Shown here: one piece after another, positions 1 to 9,845 of the stretch | Position numbering within the stretch: the stretch's first letter is position 1 | Layout of the letters: each line of letters begins with the position of its first letter | Assembly (NCBI GenBank): GCA_049304015.1 | Contig: JBAQNS010000009.1 | Location: 3,228 to 67,227, forward strand | From: Minisyncoccia bacterium | Lineage (GTDB): Bacteria; Patescibacteriota; Minisyncoccia; Phycocordibacterales; Zambryskibacteraceae | Direction: 5' to 3' | DNA: 64,000 bases | The notes under the pieces: model-generated | Told to the model about the DNA's origin: nothing | Database searches by the model: none | What the model saw: the letters and a program-made list of their open reading frames with translations, nothing else | Translations under genes and position numbers: made by a program

Positions 1-675
1 TCAAGAATTTTACCAGTAGAAGAAATGCCTTATATGGCTGATGGTACTCCTATAGATATTATCCTTACACCACTCGGAGTGCCTTCACGTATGAACCTCG
101 GACAAATCCTTGAACTTCACCTTGGACTCGCAGCTCACACTCTAAATTATCAAGCTATCGTGCCTCCATTTGCTGGAGCAACAGAAGAAGAAATTAGAGA
201 TGAATTGGTTAAATCAGGATTTGAAAAAACAGGAAAGGTGAAACTATTCGATGGACGAACTGGAGAAGAATTCCAGCAAGACATCGCAGTTGGTTATATG
301 TATATCCTTAAACTTCACCACATGGTTGAAGACAAGATACACATGCGTTCTATTGGTCCCTATTCTCTTATCACCCAACAGCCACTTGGAGGAAAGGCTC
401 AAAACGGAGGTCAGAGATTCGGAGAAATGGAAGTGTGGGCTCTCCTCGGACACGGTGCAGGACATACTCTACGAGAAATGCTCACTATAAAATCAGACGA
501 CATTATTGGTCGTTCAGCAGCCTTTGATGCGATTGTGAAGGGTGAGAAGATTCCTCTTCCAAATACACCAGCATCATTTAACGTGCTCTTAAATAATCTT
601 CGTGGCTTAGGTTTGGACATGGAGTTAAAAAAGAAGAAGAGAACATTACCAGAAGCTTCATCATCTAACGAATAA
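1..675 (+). CDS. rpoB: DNA-directed RNA polymerase subunit beta, C-terminal fragment (5' end outside window)
   Basis: Frame-1 ORF runs from the window edge; the C-terminal RpoB motifs ...[20 protein letters not shown]... and [13 protein letters not shown] are present. Confidence 0.9.
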   Translation, partial: SRILPVEEMPYMADGTPIDIILTPLGVPSRMNLGQILELHLGLAAHTLNYQAIVPPFAGATEEEIRDELVKSGFEKTGKVKLFDGRTGEEFQQDIAVGYMYILKLHHMVEDKIHMRSIGPYSLITQQPLGGKAQNGGQRFGEMEVWALLGHGAGHTLREMLTIKSDDIIGRSAAFDAIVKGEKIPLPNTPASFNVLLNNLRGLGLDMELKKKKRTLPEASSSNE

Positions 676-679
676 AACC

Positions 680-3600
680 ATGAACATCCCACGAAACAAA
701 AACATAGATACAAATGATTTCGATTTGATTTCTATCAAATTGGCGTCTCCAGAGAGAATCAAAGAATGGTCATTCGGTGAAGTTACCAAACCAGAAACTA
801 TCAACTACAGAACTCAACGCAGTGAGAGAAACGGTCTCTTTGATGAGAAAATATTCGGTCCAGACAAGGATTTTGAATGTTACTGTGGAAAATACAGAGG
901 CATAAGATACAAGGGTATTGTTTGTGAGAAATGTGGAGTTGAGATAACTCGCTCAATAGTTCGTCGAGAGAGAATGGGTCACATTGAACTCGCTTCTCCT
1001 GTTGCACACATTTGGTTCCTCAAGAACGTGCCCTCAAGGATTTCTTTGGTTATGGGTATCCCAGTGGCTGACCTTGAAAAGGTTATCTACTTCGCTGGAT
1101 ACATTGTGACTGCGGTTTCTGAAGCAGAGAAATCACGTGTCCTTAAGGATCTCGATTCAGAATTCAAATCAAAAATAAAATCTCTTCAAGATGAGAAGTC
1201 AAAAGACGCTCTAAAGGAACTCGCACTTGCAGCTAAAAAAGACATCGAATCAATAGAATTGGGTAGAGTGCTTGATGAAGTTGAATACCACCGTTTCTCT
1301 ATGAAGTATTCAACAATCTTTGAAGCAGGTATTGGTGCAGAAGCTATCTTCAATATTTTGAAGGCAGTAGATATGGACAAATTGCTAAAGGAAATAGAAA
1401 CCCAAATAGAAACTGCTCCAGCCACTGAGATCTCAAGACTTCATAAACGTTCAAGCACTATAGAGTGGATGAAGCGTGCCAATATTCGTCCTGAATGGAT
1501 GTTCCTTACTCGTATCCCAGTTATCCCTCCAGCTATTCGTCCTATGGTTCCCCTAGATGGAGGACGCTATGCGACAAGTGATGTGAACGACCTCTATAGA
1601 CGTGTTATCAACCGAAACAATCGTTTGAAGAAGCTTATGGATATCAGTGCTCCTGATGTTATCCTTCGTAATGAAAAGAGAATTCTCCAAGAAGCTGTAG
1701 ACGCTCTAATAGATAACTCTATTAGACATGGACAAGCTTCTGGTAATCAATCTCAACGTCGACCACTTAAATCTCTATCAGATAATCTTAAAGGCAAGAG
1801 AGGTCTTTTCCGCGCAAACCTTCTAGGAAAGCGTGTTGACTACTCTGGTCGTTCGGTAATTGTGGTTGGTCCAGAACTTCATCTTCATCAATGTGGTTTG
1901 CCTAAACACATGGCTCTTGAATTGTTCAAACCATTTATTATTTCTGAACTTCTAAAGAAGGAACTTGCATACAACATCCCTGGAGCAAGAAGACTTATTG
2001 AAGATGCTATCCCTGAAGTATGGGCTATCCTTGAAGAAATAATTAAGGGTAAATATGTGCTCTTGAATCGTGCTCCTACTCTGCACAGACTTGGTATTCA
2101 GGCCTTTCAACCAGTTTTGATTGAAGGAAACGCTATCCAACTTCACCCTCTTGTATGTACTGCTTTCAACGCTGACTTCGACGGTGACCAGATGGCTGTT
2201 CATGTGCCTCTATCTGATGAAGCACAAGCAGAAGCAAGACTCATCATGGCCGCAGATAGAAATATTCTAAAGCCAGGTAATGGTAACCTCGTGCTCTCCA
2301 TAGATAAACTGGATTTGGTCCTTGGAAGCTATTGGGCCACTAGAATTGTTGCTGGAGAAAAGGGAGAAGGAAAATATTTCTCAAGTCCAAACAGCGCGAT
2401 TCTTCTAAAGGATTTTGATGCTATTAGCCTTCAAGCCAAGATTCATGTGATGCCTACAGATTCTCCAAAGTACAAAGTCTTCGAAGGCAAAATATTCGAA
2501 ACTTCTGTTGGACGACTTCTCTTCAATGCAGTTTTGCCCGTAGACTATCCATTCCAAAACTATGAGGTAAACAACAAAAAGATGGGTACTCTCATCGATG
2601 ATTTGATTGAACGTTATAACTTAGAAAATATTCCCCCAATTATTGACCGAATTAAATCTTTTGGTTTCAAATACGCTACTCAATCAGGTACCACATGGAG
2701 TTTGACTGATGTGAAGATTCCTGAAGAAAAGAAAGGTTTGATCCAATCAGGACGAGAGAACATTCAAAGTATTGTTGATCAGTTCAATGATGGTCTTATT
2801 TCTGAAAGAGAACGAGTACAAAAATCTGTGGAAGTTTGGCAAGGAGTAAAGGGTGAAGTCGAAGCATTGATTCCTGCTACATTAGGAGACAAAGGTTCAG
2901 TTCATGATTTGATTAAATCTGGCGCCAGAGGATCACTTGGTCAGATTAACCAGATGGCCGGAGTGATTGGTATTATTCAAAATGTTTCTGGAGAAGCTTT
3001 GGAATTCCCAATTCTTTCTTGCTATAAGGAAGGTTTGACTCCGCTTGAATACTTCATCACTACTCACGGTTCAAGAAAAGGTCTCACAGACACAGCCCTA
3101 AACACTTCAAAGGCGGGTTACCTAACTCGAAGACTCTTCGATGTGGCACAAGACGAAATAATTTCTGAAGAAGAGTGTGGTACAAAGGAATTCACTACAA
3201 TTAGTAAGATGACAGCATCTGGTATAGAGATGCCTTACACCAAGACACTCAAGGGTAGATTCCTCGCTGCTGATGTTCTTGATTCAGATAAGAATGTTCT
3301 ATTTAAAAAAGGACACTTTGTCACCAAGTATGATGCAGAAATTATAGACAAGGCTAATGTACCCGCAATAGCAGTTCGTTCTCCAATGTCTTGTAAGTCA
3401 CTCCATGGAGTATGTATTAAGTGCTACGGAGCAGACTTGGGTACAAACAAAGTAGTAGAACTCGGTGAAGCAGTAGGAACAATCGCCGCTCAAGCTATCG
3501 GTGAACCAGGAACCCAGCTTACTATGCGTACTTTCCACGCCGGAGGTATCGCCTCAGTGGGTGGAGACATCACTGCTGGTCTTCCTCGTGTTGAAGAAAT

Positions 3601-4342
3601 CTTTGAGAAGAGAAAGCCAAAGAATCCTGCTTCTATTGCTCATATGGACGGACTTATTTCTGAGATTAGAATTGATGGTGTTGATAGAGTAATAGTTATC
3701 ACTCCAGATATTGCGTTAGAAAAGAAGAAATCCAAGAAACTTGATAATGAATACAGTGTCAGTGCCATGAGAAGTATCTTGGTCAAGGTTGGCCAAGAGG
3801 TGAAGAAGGGGGACTTTCTCACAGATGGTTCAGCAGACCTAGATGAACTATTCAGATATGCAGGTAGAGAAAAGACAGAGAGCTATATCATTCATGAAGT
3901 TTCAAAACTTTATGAACTTCAAGGAGCAGCTGTGTCTCATAAACACATCGAACTTATAGTTCGTCAGATGTTCTCCAGACGAAAGATTAGAAGTGTTGGA
4001 GACACAACCTTTACCCGTGGAGATATTGTTGAAATGTCAGATTATATGGCAGTCAATGATGAGACAAAAGCCAAGGATAAAGAAGAAGCTAAGGGTGATT
4101 CAGTTATCATGGGTATCTCTGAAGTTTCTCTCTCAAGGGCAAGCTTCCTATCTGCTGCTTCGTTCCAACACACTCCTCGTGTGCTCATTCAGGCCGCTAT
4201 TAGGGGCGTAGAAGATGAGCTATTAGGTCTAAAGGAAAATGTTATTATTGGTCGTATGATTCCAGCGGGTACAGGGTTTAAGGGCGGATACAAAGAAAAA
4301 CTCATATGCGAGGAACAGTCGACACCATCAAAGATCGACTAG
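680..4342 (+). CDS. rpoC: DNA-directed RNA polymerase subunit beta'
   Basis: 1220 aa; N-terminal Zn finger CYCGKY..C..C, NADFDGDQMAVHVP catalytic motif, conserved beta' blocks throughout; sits immediately after rpoB. Confidence 0.95.
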   Translation: MNIPRNKNIDTNDFDLISIKLASPERIKEWSFGEVTKPETINYRTQRSERNGLFDEKIFGPDKDFECYCGKYRGIRYKGIVCEKCGVEITRSIVRRERMGHIELASPVAHIWFLKNVPSRISLVMGIPVADLEKVIYFAGYIVTAVSEAEKSRVLKDLDSEFKSKIKSLQDEKSKDALKELALAAKKDIESIELGRVLDEVEYHRFSMKYSTIFEAGIGAEAIFNILKAVDMDKLLKEIETQIETAPATEISRLHKRSSTIEWMKRANIRPEWMFLTRIPVIPPAIRPMVPLDGGRYATSDVNDLYRRVINRNNRLKKLMDISAPDVILRNEKRILQEAVDALIDNSIRHGQASGNQSQRRPLKSLSDNLKGKRGLFRANLLGKRVDYSGRSVIVVGPELHLHQCGLPKHMALELFKPFIISELLKKELAYNIPGARRLIEDAIPEVWAILEEIIKGKYVLLNRAPTLHRLGIQAFQPVLIEGNAIQLHPLVCTAFNADFDGDQMAVHVPLSDEAQAEARLIMAADRNILKPGNGNLVLSIDKLDLVLGSYWATRIVAGEKGEGKYFSSPNSAILLKDFDAISLQAKIHVMPTDSPKYKVFEGKIFETSVGRLLFNAVLPVDYPFQNYEVNNKKMGTLIDDLIERYNLENIPPIIDRIKSFGFKYATQSGTTWSLTDVKIPEEKKGLIQSGRENIQSIVDQFNDGLISERERVQKSVEVWQGVKGEVEALIPATLGDKGSVHDLIKSGARGSLGQINQMAGVIGIIQNVSGEALEFPILSCYKEGLTPLEYFITTHGSRKGLTDTALNTSKAGYLTRRLFDVAQDEIISEEECGTKEFTTISKMTASGIEMPYTKTLKGRFLAADVLDSDKNVLFKKGHFVTKYDAEIIDKANVPAIAVRSPMSCKSLHGVCIKCYGADLGTNKVVELGEAVGTIAAQAIGEPGTQLTMRTFHAGGIASVGGDITAGLPRVEEIFEKRKPKNPASIAHMDGLISEIRIDGVDRVIVITPDIALEKKKSKKLDNEYSVSAMRSILVKVGQEVKKGDFLTDGSADLDELFRYAGREKTESYIIHEVSKLYELQGAAVSHKHIELIVRQMFSRRKIRSVGDTTFTRGDIVEMSDYMAVNDETKAKDKEEAKGDSVIMGISEVSLSRASFLSAASFQHTPRVLIQAAIRGVEDELLGLKENVIIGRMIPAGTGFKGGYKEKLICEEQSTPSKID

Positions 4343-5901
4343 ATATAGTCGAGGTATTAGGCACCTACATTAAACTCGAAAAGGCGGGCAAAAACTACAA
4401 GGGTAAATGCCCATTCCATAACGAGAAAACAGCATCTTTTTCTGTGTCTCAGAATCGTCAGGGCTATTATTGCTTCGGTTGTGGAGCAAAAGGTGACATC
4501 TTCACTTTCGTTCAAGAGATGGAAGGAGTAGATTTTAAATCTGCCCTCAAATCTCTAGCTGAACGAGCGGGGGTAGAACTTGAAGAGTACAGAGGTAAAA
4601 GTGGGGAATCAAAAGAGGAGAAGGAAAAGCTCTATGAAGTACTGGACGCTGTCACTTCATTCTTTGAAAATAATTTAAAAAACAATGAATCATCTTTGGG
4701 GTATTTAAAATCCAGAGGTATTAATTCAGAATCAATCAAAGAATGGAGGTTAGGATTTGCCCTCGATGAGTGGCGAAGCGCGTTTGAGCATCTAAAGTCT
4801 CTTGGATATTCCAAAGAACTACTTTTGAAGGCCGGGCTCATAAAACAAGGAGAAGATTTGGGTAAAGAAGCATACGATGTTTTTAGAAATCGTATTATCT
4901 TCCCAATCTTTGATTCAACTGGTCGAGTCATCGCGTTTTCAGGTAGGTCTTTGGAGAAGGATGCTCTAGCCAAGTATCTTAATACTCCAGAGACAATGCT
5001 CTTTAACAAAAGTGAAGTTTTGTATGGCTTAGATAAAGCTAAAGATGATATCCGCAAGAAGAATTATTCTGTCCTGGTAGAAGGACAGATTGATTTGGTC
5101 CTCTCACATCAGGTTGGGGTGAATAATACTGTAGCTTCTTCTGGCACAGCTTTTACAAGAGAACACTTAGAAAGATTGAAGAAGCTTTCTAATAGGGTCT
5201 TGCTCGCTTTTGATGGTGATTTGGCTGGAGAAAAGGCGGCTGAGAAAAGTGCTGTCCTCGGTTTGTCTATTGGTATGGAAGTAAAAATAGCCAAGCTTCC
5301 AGAGGGTAGTGATCCAGCTGACATGGCAAACAAGTCTCCAGAAGCTTGGAAGGATTGTCTAAGGGAAGCAAAGCATTCTATAGAACACGCCTTAGACAAA
5401 ATCATTAGAGAGGAAAAAGATAAAAGAAAAGTGGGTAAATTAATCGAAAAGATTATTCTACCCATGGTCAGTCTAATTGAGAGTTCTATAGAAAAGTCAC
5501 ATTTTATTTCTCTTATATCTAAGAAATCAGGTATCAAAGAAGAAATAATTTGGGATGATTTAAGGAAAGTTAAGGCTACTCAAGTAGAAAATATTGTTGA
5601 AAATAAAAATATCATTCTAGAAGAGAAGGATAGTTCAATAATTTCTACAAGAGAAAAAATTGAAGCTCGACTACAGGAGGTGAAGGAATGGCAAAAAGAA
5701 TTTACCCCAGATTCAAAAGAGATAGAAGCTTTAAAGAAAGAAGAGGAGGAATTGAACATTAGACTCCTCCTCGCTGTTCTTGATGAAGAGCGGCAAGGGT
5801 TAGTCGATGAGCTTCATAGTGGGGGTAATGATGAAGAAATAAACAAAAAAATTCATGCCGTAGATAAGAAGAGAGATGTGGAGAAACGAAAACTCGTATA
5901 A
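4306..5901 (+). CDS. dnaG: DNA primase
   Basis: N-terminal CHC2 zinc finger (CPFHNEKTASFSV...CFGCGAKGD) followed by a Toprim region (LVEGQIDLV...AFDGDLAGEKAA); overlaps the rpoC end by 37 nt. Confidence 0.9.
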   Translation: MRGTVDTIKDRLDIVEVLGTYIKLEKAGKNYKGKCPFHNEKTASFSVSQNRQGYYCFGCGAKGDIFTFVQEMEGVDFKSALKSLAERAGVELEEYRGKSGESKEEKEKLYEVLDAVTSFFENNLKNNESSLGYLKSRGINSESIKEWRLGFALDEWRSAFEHLKSLGYSKELLLKAGLIKQGEDLGKEAYDVFRNRIIFPIFDSTGRVIAFSGRSLEKDALAKYLNTPETMLFNKSEVLYGLDKAKDDIRKKNYSVLVEGQIDLVLSHQVGVNNTVASSGTAFTREHLERLKKLSNRVLLAFDGDLAGEKAAEKSAVLGLSIGMEVKIAKLPEGSDPADMANKSPEAWKDCLREAKHSIEHALDKIIREEKDKRKVGKLIEKIILPMVSLIESSIEKSHFISLISKKSGIKEEIIWDDLRKVKATQVENIVENKNIILEEKDSSIISTREKIEARLQEVKEWQKEFTPDSKEIEALKKEEEELNIRLLLAVLDEERQGLVDELHSGGNDEEINKKIHAVDKKRDVEKRKLV

Positions 5902-5912
5902 TATATACATAA

Positions 5913-7154
5913 ATGCCCAAAAATAAAAAAACAAAAAAGTTGAATAAAAAAACCAAGCCCGCTAAAAAGTTGGCTAAAAAGGTTTTAAAAAAGGCAAAAA
6001 AAATAAAGAAAGTAGTAAAAAAGGTTAAAGTTAAAAAGGTTATAAAGAAAGCAGTTAAGACTCCAAAAGTTGCAGTTTCAAAAAAAGATTTAGATATTTT
6101 GCATAAACTCAACAAACTTACGTCTAGAGGGAAAGAAAAAGGATTTGTTACCTACGATGAGATTTTGAAAGAGTACCCAACCATAGAGAACGATATTATT
6201 TTCTTGGATGAACTTTATAGCAAACTTCATGTACTAGGTATTGATGTCCTTGAAAGTGGAGGCTTGCTCGAAATGCCTGTAGAAGAGACAGGTAAGAAAT
6301 ATTCTTATGGCAAATCTGATTCGGCATATGATTCTATCCAGATGTATCTAAAGGAAATTGGTCAGTACCCACTTATCTCTGGGAATATGGAAAAGGAACT
6401 AGCGAAGAGGATTGAAGCAGGGGATGAGGATGCGAAGAATCTTTTGGCCAAAGCCAACCTTCGTCTAGTGGTCTCTATAGCCAAGAAGTATGCCAACCGT
6501 TCACCAGACCTTACACTCCTAGACCTCATTCAAGAGGGTAATTTGGGGCTATTTAAGGCCGTAGACAAGTTTGATTGGACCAAGGGCTATAAGTTCTCTA
6601 CTTATGCCACCTGGTGGATTAGGCAGGCTATTACGCGTGCTCTAGCTGACCAATCTAGGACTATTCGAGTGCCTGTGCATATGGTGGAAACTATCGCCAA
6701 ATATAAACAGGTTGTTCGTCGTTTAACCCAAGATTTGGGTCGTGAACCTCTACAAGAAGAGATTGCTACAGAGATGAACCTTGATGTTGATAAAATTTAC
6801 CAAATTGAAAAGATTGACCAATCAACCGTTTCTTTGGAGAATCCAGTGGGGGATGATGGTGATGATAAGAGTAAGCTTGGTGACTTTATCGCTGATGATA
6901 AAATACTTTCTCCGGATATGGAGTCTTCTCGTAGAATTATTCAGGACCAAGTGAAAGAAATTCTAAATGACCTTCCTCCAAAGGAGAGAAAAATTCTTGA
7001 AATGCGTCACGGACTCCTCGATGGATACACGCATACTCTAGAAGAAGTAGGAAAAGTTTTCGGTGTCACTCGAGAGCGTATTAGACAAATCGAAGCCAAA
7101 GCTCATGAGAAGATTCGCCAACACGATAAAATAAATCGCCTAAGAGGATATTAA
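5913..7154 (+). CDS. rpoD: RNA polymerase sigma-70 factor RpoD with ~55-aa Lys/Ala/Val-rich N-terminal tail
   Basis: Regions 2-4 are conserved ([41 protein letters not shown]). The N-terminus is [42 protein letters not shown]. Confidence 0.9.
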   Translation: MPKNKKTKKLNKKTKPAKKLAKKVLKKAKKIKKVVKKVKVKKVIKKAVKTPKVAVSKKDLDILHKLNKLTSRGKEKGFVTYDEILKEYPTIENDIIFLDELYSKLHVLGIDVLESGGLLEMPVEETGKKYSYGKSDSAYDSIQMYLKEIGQYPLISGNMEKELAKRIEAGDEDAKNLLAKANLRLVVSIAKKYANRSPDLTLLDLIQEGNLGLFKAVDKFDWTKGYKFSTYATWWIRQAITRALADQSRTIRVPVHMVETIAKYKQVVRRLTQDLGREPLQEEIATEMNLDVDKIYQIEKIDQSTVSLENPVGDDGDDKSKLGDFIADDKILSPDMESSRRIIQDQVKEILNDLPPKERKILEMRHGLLDGYTHTLEEVGKVFGVTRERIRQIEAKAHEKIRQHDKINRLRGY

Positions 7155-7155
7155 A

Positions 7156-7461
7156 ATGGAGGGATATAACAAATTAGTTCGCGATAAAATTCCAGAAATA
7201 CTAGATGGAAAAGGTATTACATATGAAAAAAGAATTGCATCTTCAGAGGAATATAAAGCAGAATTAATAAAGAAACTCGGAGAAGAGGCTGTTGAATTTA
7301 CTGAAGCTGGCGATATATATGAATTAGCTGATGTCTTGGAGGTAATTGAAGCATTAAGAGGATTACCAGAATACTCTAATGTTGAGCAAGTCAGAATGCA
7401 GAAAGCCGAGGAGAGAGGAGCGTTTCAACAAAGAATAATTCTAAAAGGAGAAAAACAGTAA
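7156..7461 (+). CDS. MazG/HisE-like all-alpha nucleoside triphosphate pyrophosphohydrolase (small, ~100 aa)
   Basis: The KLVRDKIPEI start and the acidic EEAVEF...ELADVLEVIEAL metal-binding helix pattern match the PRA-PH/MazG family; 1-nt gap after the rpoD stop. Confidence 0.55.
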   Translation: MEGYNKLVRDKIPEILDGKGITYEKRIASSEEYKAELIKKLGEEAVEFTEAGDIYELADVLEVIEALRGLPEYSNVEQVRMQKAEERGAFQQRIILKGEKQ

Positions 7462-7488
7462 TTTGAGCAACATCGGATGTTCCTCACC

Positions 7489-7515
7489 AAAAAACCCTTT
7501 AAATAAGGGTTTTTT
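7489..7515. terminator. Bidirectional rho-independent terminator (AAAAAACCCTT-loop-AAGGGTTTTTT)
   Basis: Perfect 11-bp stem with an A-run 5' and a T-run 3' on both strands, between convergent genes. Confidence 0.6.
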
Positions 7516-7531
7516 GGTATAGCCCTATTAA

Positions 7532-7560
7532 AATTGAGCAACATTCGATGTTGCTCAATT
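7532..7560. repeat. Perfect 13-bp-arm palindrome AATTGAGCAACAT-tcg-ATGTTGCTCAATT; a partial copy lies at 7463-7486
   Basis: Seen directly. The copy at 7463-7481 (TTGAGCAACATCGGATGTT) is itself a shorter inverted repeat. Each copy abuts a stop codon on either side of the terminator. Confidence 0.5.
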
Positions 7561-9067
7561 AGTCGTTTATAAGTTTATATAATTCTCTCCAAATGGCATA
7601 CATTGCATAAGTATCTAGCTTGCAATAGTTTTTTAGGTTTTCAATGATTGTATCGCGTTCAAACGGTTCTAACTCAGATGTGACAATTTTGTTCCATGCT
7701 TGGGTGGCACTACCTCCTTCTTGGATTTCTAAATTCTTATAAGACAAATCTGGTGCAAGGACAGGTAGGACTTTTTTGATGGAGCTTGAACCTTTGTAGT
7801 CTTTGTGGACGTGGTATTGCTTCTTGAAAATATCTTCAAGGTCATAGGTGCGGTTATTAATATCATTCATAAAACCTTTAGCTTCAGGGATTCTTTCTGC
7901 TAATTCTTTGTTTCTATTACACTCAAAACTTTTGTGCCAAACAATAATACTTCCTACATTACCAATATGTCTCTGCATTGAATCCACGAAATCTTTGCTC
8001 GGGTCACCATTCTCTGTATAAAGAAATTCAAAATGTCTTGGTTCACTTTCTGGTTTGTTTACAACATGCAGTGAATATTGGAAGGGAATTTGTTGATATG
8101 GAGAGAAGCCGTTGAAACGAGGAATGGCAGCAGGAAAAGTTTCATAGTCTAAGAAGTAAAGAGGAAATATCAAATCTTCAAATTCTTCTCTAATTTTGTC
8201 ATGGTCAATAATCACTCTGTCGAATATATACGAGTCTATCTGATTTCTCTGTGTTTCTGACAATTCAAATTCCCTAGGTACATCTTTAATGTGAAAGATA
8301 TTTGAGTCTACAAGTTCAGTAAGTTTGACCTTGCTTAAACCAATTCTCGCTATGTCGTGGACACTATAATCAGGCACCTGAGGGTTAGAATAGTGGAAGG
8401 TAGTGCAGTGTTTTGAACGACCCTTGCGTAGACAAGAACAATGACCCACAGGTTCTATCTCTGTACTCAAATATTTCAAGGCAAAGTTCATTTCTCCCAG
8501 TACTTCTTCTACAATATTTTCTACTTGTTCTGTCACATCGGTAAATTCAAAAAGTCTAGTGATCTCAAGTTCTCCATCTCTCTTATATTCTGAATTAAGG
8601 TGGATAACCGTTGCTTTGTTTACTACGAGTCCTACACGACGTAAGACATTAACCTGAAAGGCGAGGTCATGAATATGGACCTTGTCATCCACGCTGTTTG
8701 AGGCCTTAATTTCATATATTGAATATGAATTAGTTTGTGAGTCGTATTTCAATATGTCTGATGCAGCAAGAAAATTATCAATATCAAAAACAGCCTGAAA
8801 GAGTGTGGGCTGTTTTTGATCTATATAATCTGCTGTTAGTTTTTGTGCATCTTCATCTCTGCCCTCTATAAGCACTCCAGTTGGGAAAAGTTGCCTAGCT
8901 ACTAATTCTACCTCATTACCTGTTTCTATGATTGATTTCTCGAATTCAGAAAGTTCCGACTTAAAGTATATGTCTGGTTTATGGATTTTGAGCCAGGTAT
9001 TCTTAGGACAGTCTCTGTAGAGAATGTAATTTGTTTTCGAAAGTGTGACTTGTCCTTTGGTAGTCAA
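7559..9067 (-). CDS. DUF2779-like protein (predicted nuclease; PD-(D/E)XK-like N-terminus plus DEDD-like C-terminal FLDYET motif)
   Basis: 502 aa; contains a ...CSCLRKGRSKHC... cysteine cluster and YFLDYETFPAAIP...PYQQIPFQYSLH, which I recall as the DUF2779 signature. The family assignment is from memory, not a search. Confidence 0.45.
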   Translation of the reverse strand: MTTKGQVTLSKTNYILYRDCPKNTWLKIHKPDIYFKSELSEFEKSIIETGNEVELVARQLFPTGVLIEGRDEDAQKLTADYIDQKQPTLFQAVFDIDNFLAASDILKYDSQTNSYSIYEIKASNSVDDKVHIHDLAFQVNVLRRVGLVVNKATVIHLNSEYKRDGELEITRLFEFTDVTEQVENIVEEVLGEMNFALKYLSTEIEPVGHCSCLRKGRSKHCTTFHYSNPQVPDYSVHDIARIGLSKVKLTELVDSNIFHIKDVPREFELSETQRNQIDSYIFDRVIIDHDKIREEFEDLIFPLYFLDYETFPAAIPRFNGFSPYQQIPFQYSLHVVNKPESEPRHFEFLYTENGDPSKDFVDSMQRHIGNVGSIIVWHKSFECNRNKELAERIPEAKGFMNDINNRTYDLEDIFKKQYHVHKDYKGSSSIKKVLPVLAPDLSYKNLEIQEGGSATQAWNKIVTSELEPFERDTIIENLKNYCKLDTYAMYAIWRELYKLIND

Positions 9068-9069
9068 TT

Positions 9070-9789
9070 TTATTTTAGAAGAGCATCAATTGTGGCCTTA
9101 ACCTGTTCGAATGGTTGAGCACCGTATATTGATGATTTATTTCCAGACTTAGTAATTATTACTGAGAATGGTGTCCCTTGAGCTCCTGCAGCTCCTGCAG
9201 CAGTCACATCGTCTTGAACAGCCTTAGTAAACTTACCGCTCGAAAGGCAGCTATTAAAGGCATTCACATTTACTCCAGCGAAACTTGCTAATTTTGGAAG
9301 CTCTGATTCGTCGAGAGTGTTGCCTGAATTTGTAGTGCTGAACAATTTATCAGTAAAGTCCCAGAAAGCTTTGTTGCCTCCAAGTTCATTCACACAGAGT
9401 GCAGCTTCTGATTCTTTTGGAGCTTTAGAGTGTAGTTGAGCAATAGGGAATTGTCTGTAAACCCAAGCAACTTCGTCTGGTTTGTAGGCATTCATAACCT
9501 GAAGCATGGTGTTGTGGAAAGATTTGCAGAAAGGGCATTCATAATCAGAGTATTCAACTATAACTATCTTGGCATTTGGATTACCTACAATATTATCCTT
9601 TGAAGTGACTGGTTCAACTTGGCCAACTTGACCCGATGGTTGTTGCTGTTGCTGCTGATTATTGTTAGAAGGAGCGGCCGCAATATTTTGTTGGCTGTTC
9701 TTGCCTCCTAAATATATGGCGAAGGCGATGAGTCCACCAGCTATTATTATTGATAAAGGAATAATTAATGGGTTATCTTTTTTAATCAT
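9070..9789 (-). CDS. DsbA-family thiol:disulfide oxidoreductase, membrane-anchored, with poly-Gln/Asn linker
   Basis: N-terminal TM helix, NNNQQQQQQPSGQVGQ linker, and a thioredoxin-fold CPFC active site (YECPFCKSFH). Confidence 0.75.
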   Translation of the reverse strand: MIKKDNPLIIPLSIIIAGGLIAFAIYLGGKNSQQNIAAAPSNNNQQQQQQPSGQVGQVEPVTSKDNIVGNPNAKIVIVEYSDYECPFCKSFHNTMLQVMNAYKPDEVAWVYRQFPIAQLHSKAPKESEAALCVNELGGNKAFWDFTDKLFSTTNSGNTLDESELPKLASFAGVNVNAFNSCLSSGKFTKAVQDDVTAAGAAGAQGTPFSVIITKSGNKSSIYGAQPFEQVKATIDALLK

Positions 9790-9845
9790 TTTTTAAAAAT
9801 TAATTTGTATGCAGTGAATTATATCACGTATGTTAGAATGTAAAC

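Noticed and set aside
5759-6115. 118-aa minus-strand ORF antisense to the rpoD 5' end
   Set aside because: It is a Phe/Leu-rich translation of the reverse complement of the A-rich Lys-coding tract, so it is an artefact.
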